From Phoronis australis (lineage: Eukaryota > Animalia > Phoronida): a DNA stretch of 64,000 bases. The stretch covers positions 442,438 to 506,437 of the forward strand of contig NMRA01000127.1 of assembly GCA_002633005.1 (NCBI GenBank), written 5' to 3'. The notes under the pieces are model-generated. The model made no database searches and was not told the DNA's origin. It saw only the letters and a list, made by a program, of their open reading frames with translations. The stretch's first letter is position 1; the number at the start of each line of letters is the position of its first letter. The position numbers and the translations under genes are program-made. This document shows positions 13,265 through 24,993 of this stretch, piece by piece.

Positions 13265-16200
13265 ATAGTCTGCATTTTCATCGGTTTTGTAAATCGTTTG
13301 CCTTCGTGGAAATAATTTCAGAAGTTCAACATCCAGTTATTGCTTAAAGTTATGTCCACTGTTATGTTTTTCGTTGCTTCTCATAAATTTCTATGAACAC
13401 TTTTATTGGCCATTTTCAAACCTTTTAATTAGCGACGGTTTTAGTGGTTTTGAACGTCAATTTCTATTCTGAGCTGGGTTCATTGACAATTTTTGCACTT
13501 TAGAGTGTCTATGGCCAAGTAAACAATGTCTTGGGTTTTTTTTCCATGGAATAACGTAAATATCTGCTATCAAAATGAGGACTTACGACAGCATTTTATG
13601 ATGTACTTCTTTAATTCCCGATTTCCCTACATAGTGACTAAAAATATGATTCAAACACATAGTCCCCTGGCATTCATTTTTTTTGAAGTTCATGTTGTAG
13701 CCAAAAATTAGTTTTCACAAAAAGCAACACCTGCGTGGTATTAAAGGACTATGGGACATTTAGGCACGAATTACGATTTTCAGTCATTGAGTATTCAGAA
13801 AATGAAATTGTATGCTTTTAAGAGCTGAACATTTTTCAGTTGTAAAAATAACTGTTCATCAAACTAACGGTACTGAGACAAAACGAGCTGGGGGAAGCCA
13901 AATTAGTCCTCTGAATAGTTCTCCCTCTTGACCAACAATGAAGAGAATAAACAGAAAAGTCATTGAAAAGTGGGCTAAGCCATTCTGTAATTAGAATCTT
14001 GCTGCCATAGTAGTTGTTACTAAACGGTTTTACTGTTAACAGAATTTGCTGACATGATGGGGAATGGTATTTTGTCCGATTACTCTTGTTGTGTAGTGTT
14101 TGGTGAATGTACCGGGGATTTAACCCTAACTGACTGAAACATACAAAGGTAAAATTTAAGAATATTTATATATAACAATATCGTTTCCATAGTTTATGTT
14201 CACCTTACTGTCACATACAAGTTCACGCAAGGGATGCAGAGGTGAAGTTAAGAATAGCTGTATAAGATTTATGTTTTCATAACTTGACAGAGTCCTTTGT
14301 AAAGCAAAGGAAGCAAAATTCAAGAATATCTTAAAAAACAAGGTTTCAGTTGCTTGAAGCCAGTGTTTTTTTTGAGATATGTCTGGATTGATAAGTTTTG
14401 TTGTCTCTGTAGAAATGTTATTAAAAAATATAAACCTACTTTAAAAGTGCTGGTGAATCAAATACCTTGTGAGCTTTGTCACAGGGTTCATGTTTGTTGT
14501 CTTACCTGAGAACCAAGTCTAGGATAAAAATCGGCTTACTTTATTGGATTATAATTTGTCATCACAGTGGTATCGTGTCTGATCGCGGCTCAGTTATTTC
14601 AGCCAGACCATTTCCAAGTTGAGTGACCTCTTTGTTTGTCCCTTGTCTCGTAGAATCCACCGACTGGTTATTGATTTCCCACAGCCAAGATGGTAGAGAA
14701 AGCCCCTCATCCAACTGACAATAACATTGTCTGCCATTCACCAGTTTAAATGACCTGTAATTATATCCTGAGTGTAGCGACATTAGAGAACAATCGGCTG
14801 TCTCAGAGTTTGTTGTAACGGTCTTAATCGCATTGATCACGGTTTGGATGAACTTTTCCACACTGAGACTCATCTGCTTTTGAATCCAAAATTATTATCT
14901 AATTAACTGTTTTAGCTAATCAGTAAGAGTCATTTTCTCGCATGATCACTTTTGTGGCCTTTGTTGTCTACCATTCCTGTCAGCCCGGGGGGTCACTTGC
15001 AATGTTATGGGAATGTATTTGAGATCCATATTAAGGGGGGGGGGGGTTGGCTGGCAGTCTCGTTCTCATGGGGGATATCCGGTCACAAGTGCAAAATGAA
15101 AATTATTGCTGGAGACAATGCCAAGCAATTAAAAAACCTACCTGTGGCAATACTGATAATCTTCTTGGTTTTTACCATGTTTCTTCCCTGGGCCTTACCA
15201 CGCAGCCATTATGCCCACCAGTTATCTAATACATTCTCAATATCGTTTTATCCTTTGTTGCTTTTTGTAGTTGCTTTTAAAACTGTCTGACTTTGAGGAT
15301 AGCATCTGTAATACATTAGTTCTGTACTTATTTCGCACAAAAATTGCCAAAATTGTCATTTTTCCATTTTTCAATGGCAGATTACTGCAAATAATCGAAA
15401 ATTTACAAAAAGGTATTTATGACATCTACATAGTAATCGACTAAAAATTTTGTATTATTTAGGTTTGTGACGAAATTTTAAAAATAGAATGTCACTTGTT
15501 GCCCATATGGTGTTATTTAAGTTTAGAATCACAGTAAACGCATGTTTTGATTTTGTGAGTTATTTTTAGTTGGTTTAAAGATACTATGTCTCATTAAAAC
15601 CATGAATATGTTTTATTTAAAAATTAGAATTTGTAGCCAGCACCACCTAGTAACTTCCTGGAACACTGCATGTACAAGTATAATCAAGAAAAAATAATTT
15701 GTAAATAAACTATTGCTTTAAAGAATATGCCTCATCTGAAACACTCAAACACAAGTGTGAACATATACAAAACCCTAGTAATTCCAAATATTACACAATA
15801 GTTATTTGATAGTGAAATTAACAAATAATAAAAAAACTGTGCCTCGTTTCATTAGGGTAACGGTGAACTGTTACTGTTCTCATTTACATAAAAATGGTCT
15901 CGCAAACGAGACTAATTCACGAGATTGTAATGGTAACTGGTTCTCAGATGGTTTCTGGCACACTGGAATACCCGGAGTTGTTTGTAAGTTAGTACTTAAT
16001 TTGCATATTCACAGTTTAATGAGACTATACGTCTTTAAGACATTGATTGAGAGTTCGCTTTTTATTTGTGTAAGACAATTTCAACGACACTCTCTCAAAC
16101 CCACGGAAAAACATCATTAGTGAGCTACGAGTTCTCTTAAATTGATCAACAGAATGCTCTAAATCATAACATTGAGTGAGAGACCATTATGATGACTGTG

Positions 16201-19200
16201 TTCTTGGTTAACTTTTTGGCGAGAACTTACATGCAGGAGGTAATTATCAGGATAATAATTTGATAAAAAAATGTGACGCTGGTGCTGATTCTTTATTCGC
16301 ATTGTACTTCAGTTAAAATTGTTGATAAAATAATCAAAAATGGAGTATTTGGACTTGAAATAAAACCATGTTCCCAGCCAATGCACTCAAGAAACCTGCT
16401 GAGAACACTGGACTCGATGTCCAGCTATGCGATGAATCGCCAAAAGATGCTAGGAAGATGGTACACAAGTGACGAATATAATGGGAAAAACCGAATTGCT
16501 TTCTATTTTACAATGGCTAGAGTTTTTGATGAAAAAACAAAGGTGGCACTACTGTTTTACTCATCTTGAGCCAGGTTGAAGAAACTGAGGCTGACAGCAA
16601 TGCTGACATGTCAAAGCCAGCTTCAGTTTTGATAGCATCAGTTGAGATACCCTTCTCCTGTTCACAACTCTGGTTATCTCTTCACAACATCTAATAGTCA
16701 CACTTAGCCCTGTAATCTGATAAGTTTAATTTTCAATACACATGCTTTGGCACTGGTCTGCTGGCTGCAGCCACTCTCTTGGATTTAGTTGCTGCCTTTC
16801 TCTTATCCAGGTTCCTGGTTCTGTTTACATTGGACTGGTCCTGGAGTAGTGGGTGATTATCTGCATATCACCTTAAATAGATTAGAACAGATTTTACTTG
16901 GTAATGAGCAACAGGACTGGAGGAAGTTATTTTTGGTAAGACACCAGCCAGACCTTCAAAGTCATTAGTCTAATGTAGTGGTAAAACTGTGTCTGGGTTT
17001 ACTTTCTTTAAATTTCTTGTTGCCAAGACAAACTCAATTGAATTTGATGGATTAATTTCAGAAGTGTATGCTCTCCACCCTAGGTGGTTTTTAGACCATT
17101 CTTGTCTTTCCCCCTTTCATTTCTTTACACCATCCATTTTTCTTGCTTCAGAAATTTAACAATTGGTTCGAAAATTTTGCTAAATGACCTCAAGCCAACA
17201 AATTATTTTAAGGGCTCTTTCACACCAAGATAGCTCTTATTGAGATTTCAATAAAGGAAAAATTGAATCGAAATCGACGAAGACTTGGAAATTTTAATAA
17301 GGAGCAACTGTGTTGTATTGGAGGCAGTTTTTGGCAAAAGCTGCTTGCTTTCGCCCATGTCCTGAGCATGTTTATTCAAGATGTTAAAATGGGCTGTGGC
17401 ATTCAAAAACAAGTTTGATGCAACACTCGGGCTCTTGAGTTCAATCTGTATGCATCCAGGTGTTGCTAACTGAAGTCTTTCTTGTGTAATATGCCCCAAT
17501 TCTAATTAATCAAAGCACTTAATCAGAGATTAAGTTGGTGTTACTGTGTAATTCAGCCAAAGGCAGGCAGTGTTTTCATTTGTTTTGCTCAGTGAAGTCT
17601 TGATACGAGCACTCACTCACAGGACACAGCACCGTCTGTGTGACAGCAATGGAATGTTGGTGTATTATTGCGTGTGATTTGGTTTTTGCGATACCATTTT
17701 TTGGAGTGGATGTTTCTAGGAAATGTTTTTTTTTGCAAATAGGCAATTTGCTTATGATATTTAAGCGTTTTGCTTATTGGCATCTGTGTTTGGTTCACTG
17801 ACTTTACAGCAGGTTGAAATTAGTGGTTCTGATGTGTTTCTTTATATTCAGCATATTGTAAGCATATGAATTCCTCTGTTCATTTCTCTTTGTGGAAGGC
17901 TATTTGTATGCTTGTTGTCTGCAAAATCAGTCATTTCCTGGACTTCCAAAACCTGCCCGGAACTCACAATACGTACATCTCAGAATGCATCTAAGCTCTT
18001 GGAAAATAGTGGTATTTTTACCCACAATGCTTCATACAAGGCCGGTACATTTTTATCCTCTTTTTCACCTGTTGTAGTAGCTCTCGTCTTTGTGTTAATG
18101 TATAGTTATTGGTGTATTTGAAATTCATTTGATTAGTGAAACAAGGATGCCTCCTGATGAAGTGTATACATGCAGATGTCATCATTCCACGACTGCTTCC
18201 ACACTGGTGAAGAGATTCCTACCATTAATCTATTCAAATGATTAAAGATTAGCCTTTTTCATTAGCTCAACCTTGGGGATTTTGAATCGCCCCTTACTGT
18301 TCGTTTTTTCCAACTATTGCTGGCTGAAAGAGCTTACCTGTGCTGTAGGTTGCACTACAAACACCTTGGCAAAGTTTGAAACATACCCCACAGGCTACTG
18401 GTTCCAGAGCAACATTCCTATATCTCATTATCTATGGTTCATTACACACCTAGCATCAGAAAGTCATGAACTACTGTTGGACTGTTGGACTGTTCTCTGT
18501 TTCACTGAACAGTATTAGTATCTGCTCAGTTGCATAGTTCTTTTTGTCAGCCACTATTTTATGAGGGAGCAGTTAGCGAAATACACAAACTCACTTTAGA
18601 GGCAATTGAGTGTGGGTATTGTCTTGTGTCTGAATTTGGATCCTTCTGTTTGTAAAGTGCAGTGCATTTGGCTTCCCATGCACCTTGCTTGACAGCTTCG
18701 GAGCTTGGAATACTATGAATGCATGTAGCAATGAAGATTGCCCTCTACTGAGTACTGGGTAGCTGTTGTCCAGTATTTCTTACCATACTTCACATCCACG
18801 AAGAGCGTCTTTCGAGAATTGGGCATTGCCGTGGTATCTGCTGGTCTACTAGGACTACATGTACCCAACAATACTCCGGAAGGGTGTTGTAACTCTTGAG
18901 ATGTACTCTCCTTCTGTGATGGTTAGTACTGTGGAGAGATGATGTAACAAGGCTTCTCATTGATTAACTGAAAGAAGTTACAGTCGAACCTTCCCATTGG
19001 TTGGAAAATAACATTCAGACATTCCTATTGGTCAGATGTTGAGAAATGCTTTTGTATGCTACGCCATCTGTTGAGAATGCCTTTGAGCCCTTAAGCTGCT
19101 GCAACAAGACTTCAGTGTGTTCTGCATAAGTCTGTCTTTTACATTAAATATAACTACAAAACAGTTCACTATACTTTACCAGTGTTCATTCCCAAACCGT

Positions 19201-19822
19201 GTGATTGTGACAAAAGACCAAACCGAGGCACGCGCATTGATGCTTACACACTGTTTACTGCATGTAGTTCATTCTTTCACACTGTCAGTCTCCTCCAGAG
19301 ATGGCGCTGTCGATAGAGTTAGTCAAGATGCTACTTGAGATTCTGAGTTTAGAAACATCAAGCGTCAGCTTGTTTTGTCTGACTTTTGAGATTCATATAG
19401 ACTTTTTTTACGGTGATGTACAATAAAATGTCACTAATTGCAGACATAAATAATTGCCAAACTAAAAAAAGCCCTTTCTTCATTTTCAATGGCTTCAAAC
19501 ATTGTTGTGAATGATGGTCTATTGAGAGCACGTCGGCTACGCTACAATAACAAAGAATACGGTTTGCAAATCTCGCCCGATGATCGTATACTACCGATAA
19601 CTTCAGGGAAGTTTCTCTCTGACCTTTCCCACTACACCAAAGTTTTGGTTAGTACCGAAGTTTCACCTCTAATGGAAAAGCGACTATAGAGTCAGGGCTA
19701 CTTATTGAGCTTGCTTTCGAGCCTTAATGCACTGTCAGTGGTATTTTTGTAGAGAATTTTAAACAAAAATAAATTTTCACTTGTATATGAATATGTCAAT
19801 CTCAATATGGCGTGGAAAATAT

Positions 19823-19889
19823 GTTGCAAACATTTAAGTCTTGATGTGGCCAACAGATGGCGTGCTGACAAGACTTAAATGTTTGCAAC
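19823..19889. repeat. Perfect 21-bp inverted repeat with a 25-nt spacer
   Basis: GTTGCAAACATTTAAGTCTTG (19823-19843) and CAAGACTTAAATGTTTGCAAC (19869-19889) are exact reverse complements. Confidence 0.95.
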
Positions 19890-20559
19890 TAATTTTCATT
19901 TGTCCACCATATGGTGTGCTAAAGAGGTGAAGATTTGTTGTGAGTAAAATGTTTATGTTACATCAGTGTTACCCAAGTTCGACTGAACAGTAGCACAACT
20001 GATGGATGTTAATGCCGCCATACTCTAAGTATACCCTAACCTGTAACATATGGTTACAATTTTTCCTGCCCAGACAACAAAATGAGATTGCACCTTTGAT
20101 TCAAATGTGACTGTAGTACCTGCATAACAGAATAAGAACGCTTGATGCAGCATAGTGATTCCCACTTGACAAGGCTGCAGAAAGTGTAGGATATGGATTC
20201 AGAAAAAGAAACTGACTTTGCTGACATTCGGGGTGGTTTCTTCAAAGTAAATATCTCCCAGGAGGCCTCTATACTGCGTAGCATGAAATCATTTCAACCA
20301 ACTCATTGACTAATCTCCTGGAATGACCATTTTATTTAAAAGGTTTCATTGCCATGAAAATCATTATTGTTAATTAATGCGTCTATGAACACTGTAACTT
20401 CCTTATTTTTACAGCTTTGTCCTTTCGCGTAGGCGAACTGTTGAGATGATGTGATTGGCCCCCGTAAGCCATGATTATCTATAGTAAATTGCTGTTAGGT
20501 ACAAGTTGTTATCACCAAGTTAAATGGAGACTAATCCGTCTACATGCGACAGTAAATCC

Positions 20560-20917
20560 TTCAATGGAAACCGGCCCTGATCTCGCAATCCAATTAAATC
20601 GCAATCGCCCGATCACCGTCAGAGGGCAATAAAGTTTTTCGACTGTTTGACTTATACCTAGTCACCATGGAAACGCAAATCTGTCACGTAGCTTGGCGAG
20701 CGGCCCTGCCCTGCATTTTTACACACGCTTTTTCATAGGTACATATTGAGTCAACAAAGACAGGTATTCTACTAGGCCTTCGTCTTATCAGTCGTCCAAT
20801 ATCAAAGGTCGCTTGTGTTACCTCTGTTTTACCTGGTCTTTGTGACGAGCTGATTAGTCGGCAATGTTTGCGCGCCTCTCGCGACAAGTTTGAGTTTTCT
20901 GTCACTTTTGTTTGCAG
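20560..20917 (+). promoter_or_regulatory. CpG-retaining promoter-like segment or candidate first exon ending at a consensus donor
   Basis: Locally CpG-rich. RFX X-box GTCACCATGGAAAC at 20661-20674, TCTCGCGACA (1 mismatch to TCTCGCGAGA) at 20877-20886, and CAG|GTGAGT at 20917/20918. Confidence 0.35.
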
Positions 20918-21070
20918 GTGAGTGTTTATAGGTGTTTGTTATGTAAGGCCAGTGCATACTGACAGCTCTAAGTGGTGTTTTATAGCACCGTCGCTTCCTT
21001 GAAATGGCTTTTTCATTGATGACATTGTCAAACGATATGCTACACTGTTACCAGCTCCTCACTCTTGCAG

Positions 21071-21140
21071 TGTGTAAAATTCTCAGGTGTAAATCTACTG
21101 TCGTGTTATCAATTAGTGATAGAGGCTTTGATATTAACAG
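21071..21140 (+). other. Candidate non-coding 5'UTR exon (70 nt)
   Basis: Acceptor CTCCTCACTCTTGCAG| at 21070, perfect donor CAG|GTAAGT at 21141, no ATG. It lies 153 nt after the donor at 20918. Confidence 0.4.
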
Positions 21141-23439
21141 GTAAGTTACATGGATTGGTTCAGAGCAAACATTGTTCATGAAGGAAATTTTGTGATTTTG
21201 CAGAGTTGGTTTAAATAAAATTTATTTTGGTGCAACCACTGAACAATTTATTGCAGATTGTTTTTGGACTTCTGGATAATTGTTTTGTACCTGTTCTCCG
21301 GAATTTGGAATCAGCTTTAACTAAGGTAGTGCATGTTTTTTTTGCAATTTAATGTATAGTGAACCATCTTTCTTATATTTTGTATGTTATGATTTTATTT
21401 TAGAACAATGAGTGGAAAGTTTTGAAGAGGAGAACATTTTGCTTTTGTTCTTAGGTTTGTTCATCCTCATCGTAATAGTTATAAACTTGTACCATATTCT
21501 ATTAATTAGATATTTTTAAATTGTTTTTGCTTTAAACTTAGAAACTGTTTTGTCTTTTCTTTTACATACAGATAGACATTTATTTTTGACAACCTGAACC
21601 ACACCTGAATAAACCTTGATATTCATCCATTAGCCAACTTAGTCATTCTTGATTTCGGAAGGTTTTCCTCTTTGCAATTTCCAACTCCATTTTTGCCCCG
21701 TTCATGTCACAAGTTCTTTATGAGCACAGTCAAAGTTGTTTGTTTGTGGTCTGCAGGCAGTGTAAATTCTGACCAAGAGAATATAAGGGGCGCAAGGGCT
21801 TTAAGAATTGTGCTTGTAGACACTGGGATAAGCTGCCTGCGTCAGGGTCTCAAAATTTCTTGTTTGCTTTTTGTGAACAATTCGTTGTCGTGAAATACTG
21901 ATAACCTGGTATCTATCCACAGTAATCATTTATCACCATACTAGTAAAAATCTGTCCAAAGTTCCACCTGAGTTAAGCCCCACTTGTACAGCATGTGTTC
22001 CTTATCTCTGGGTGGGCCCTCGTTTGATGTTCTTACCTGTAATCATGGACTATCAGGTAATTCTAGTGACCTGCTGTTGACATAAATCACTCATCTTGGC
22101 TGTATCTTCCCTATCTAGTGTGATTGGCTGGTCATTGCCTCATTTAAATCTGTAACCAAGTAAAGATTTGTCTAGAGTGCTAAGTTGTGGTGCTAAGTTA
22201 CAAGTCCCCAGGTCTTTTCTGAATTATTTTAATTTTCATATGTTCTTAGATCGAAAAGAAGTTTGCAAAAGAAGTTATTTTGTTTGCACCGGTACACTTT
22301 TGTTTAATTGAAAGTTACCGATTTTGTCTAAGCATAGTATGCACAATGATGTGATAATCAGAAATTACCTTAATCATTTTTTAAACTAGGAATCCGTATT
22401 TTTCTCATTGGTTGATTTTCCTTATAGTTCCTTTTTGTTTGAAAATTTATGCCAAGAAGCGCTGATATTTGTAAGAACCAACTAATGTAGAACTGATCTG
22501 AAACTTACTTACAACTCATTCTGCTTCTCTAAAAGTGAAATGCATAGGTTTTATTTTGATATTGTGAGAAACATGCCTGTTTTGCAAATACTTTTGATGG
22601 ACCTTCCTGTGATCAGCAAACTCGTGCCGCTTTAATTCTGTTTTTCACAGTGCGCGTATGTTACATTGAAACCATTCCTGTCCTTGTGCCAATCATCTTG
22701 GCAAGATGTGGCTGTTTAATTCCAAGCTGGCCACAAGGGGGCATTGCAAATCAGCAACAAAGATTGGCATTTGTGTGTCAATTGTTTTACCTCCTGAAAA
22801 CTGATATCATAAATCATTCATATTGTCATTATCGTTATCTGTATTGGTGTTGCTGTTAACTGCAGGAATGATTGTCAGTAACTGCATGCTAGTTACAGAT
22901 GCTAATCGCTTGTTTCACTCGGTTTCCTTCTATTGCGTAACTTTGTGTAGTAATCTTAGAAAGCAATTGATGAGCTGAAAAGCTAGTAGTTATGGCACTG
23001 ATATTTTCTAAGCACACTTGTTTTGTCTTGCGTGCCGGGTTACAAATCAGATAGCTTCTATGAATGTGAATCCGGTTGCCTGGACGTAAATCAGAAATAG
23101 TTGTTATGTTTCACATTTTATTGTTTTGTGTGTGAAGGTGATGAAAGCGTGTTGTCTTACACCTTTCATGATCATTTAAAGCTGCATTTTGCCCTGTTTG
23201 GCTGACTGAAAACAAAAATCAAATGGGGCTTTTTACTGAAAATGCTTCAAGTTTCACTGAGGGTCGTCAACCTGCAAAATGATCAGCTATCAATTTTTGA
23301 CCCGTGTCGTTGATTTGGTTAAAAAAAAAATTATTAGAATTATGGTATCAGATACAATGGTGTATGGATTATGTTTGAATTAATTATGCATTCCTCACAA
23401 AAAAGAGTCTTGTTTTCTGTGGGTATATGGTTGGAATGG

Positions 23440-23508
23440 AAAAAAGAGTGCAGACGCTCCGACGTCTTTTGCAGTGCATCAGGCAGGCGCAGACCTCAGG
23501 CCAAAGCT
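23440..23508 (+). repeat. Dispersed repeat fragment homologous to 53325-53388
   Basis: AAAAAAGAGTGCAG-CCgAcGTcTTTTG-TCAGGC-AGGCCAAA is colinear in both copies. Confidence 0.55.
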
Positions 23509-23990
23509 AAAACTCACCAAAGTTCTGTTGTACATCAACAGGTTCTTCATGAAAGACTTTTCCAAGTCTGTCCCTTCTAAGAAAATGGACAGACTGTTCC
23601 ATTTGTTGCCATGTACTATATGTTGTAGGTTGCAATAGTGTCATGTAGCTTGCTCCTTAGTCTACAAAAAGCTGGGCAAGTCTCTACTAGTTGTTAGGGG
23701 TTTCAACATCAGTACCACACTTAGGACGTACTGGACTATCCATATGCCCAGTGTGTCTGTGTCTGGCTGGGTTACAGTGACTTGTAAAAAAATTTGAATG
23801 TTGTCTTGTGTCCTGTCTGTCAATACTCGGAAGGTTCCTTGGTTTCTCTGCAGGACTTAAGTGATGCCCAACTCACCCTGTAGCATCTGTAGGATATCTC
23901 GGTAGCAGGTTTAGGTGCATAATCCAGAATGCTAGCCTTTATTCTCACCCTATTTGTTGATGGTCATTTAGTGTATTAGTGTTATTGAGT

Positions 23991-24183
23991 GCCGTTCACA
24001 CTATGAGTTGCCCCAGAATAAGTTACTCCTGGAATGAGGTGTTACTGGGTTTACGTAGTAGTGTAGACGCTATATGCGCAGGAGCAAATTGACATGCACG
24101 TGACAGCCTACTCTACTTTATTGTAGTTGGGTGACTTGTTCTAGGGTAACTTGCCCTAGGTCAAGTCGTAGTGTGAACGCAAA
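23991..24183. mobile_element. About 190-bp MITE with PIF/Harbinger-like TIRs
   Basis: Left CGTTCACACTATGAGTTGCCCCAGAATAAGTTAC matches the reverse complement of the right end, CGTTCACACTACGACTTGACCTAGGGCAAGTTAC. GTTCACACT termini are typical of animal Harbinger MITEs. Confidence 0.7.
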
Positions 24184-24529
24184 CGAGCAGACAAGGCAGA
24201 AGTAATTACCAACTGTGCTTTTGCTCAATTACACATAGGAGCATCTAATGATTTTTGCACCATATTTGTCACAATTTATAGGGTGTGCAGTGTGGATTCT
24301 CAGCTGAACTAGCCAAGTTGCCCCTCGGCAAGTTGTTCTAGTTTAATTGGTTGTGCGGAGATAACTTTAGACATGTTTGCTGTTAGGTTTCAACCTAGAA
24401 TTGAAATGTTTTTGTAATAAAAGATACTTCTAGAGAACTTCCTGACATTCAGCTTGGGACTCCTATTTGTTGTGGCCACATGAAAATGTCTGTGCTTCAC
24501 TCAATTGCAAATTTTTGTGTACAACTGAT

Positions 24530-24993
24530 GGGCAGCGTTGATAGAGACAAAAAGCAGTCGGAGATTCTCACAATTATAGTACCAGAGCGTGTTTCTGGAT
24601 GCTTGGTGCCAGATGAATCTAACAGCAACTGCGGCAAAAGAACTTTTGCCTACAGAGGCGCTGTCGCTTACAACGGGCTGGGGACTGCCATCGCGAACGC
24701 GCCCAATTTCGACATCTTCAAACAGAACTACTGGGACTTAGTGCGCTTTTCGAGACTGTAGGCCTCAGCTCATCATTATCTTACACTTTTTAATCTTATT
24801 TATTCATCCAATTGTACATATTAATTAATTTTTATAGGTAATTTATTTTATTTATTGATCTTTTCAATCTAATTGTACGCAGGTCTCTGTATCTTACTTC
24901 GAATAATTATTTCCAACTTGAAAATTAGTCCACTCACTAAAGTTTTCACCCATTCTTTTAAAGGAATTTAAATAAACAAACAAATAAATAAAA
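24530..24993 (+). mobile_element. 5'-truncated CR1/L2-group LINE (ORF2 C-terminus, 3'UTR and tail)
   Basis: Translates to SHNYSTRA, then after a frameshift near 24590 to LVPDESNSNCGKRTFAYRGAVAYNGL...NFDIFKQ. This fits the HxYxTR...GKRxFxYRG..WNxL...FK tail of CR1/L2/Crack/Daphne ORF2. The T-rich 3'UTR ends TTTAAATAAACAAACAAATAAATAAA. Confidence 0.8.

Noticed and set aside
19489-19689. 66-aa ATG-initiated ORF (MASNIVVNDGLLRARRLRY...) that looks coding-like
   Set aside because: No recognisable homology or exon boundaries. It may be a TE fragment but cannot be supported without a database search.
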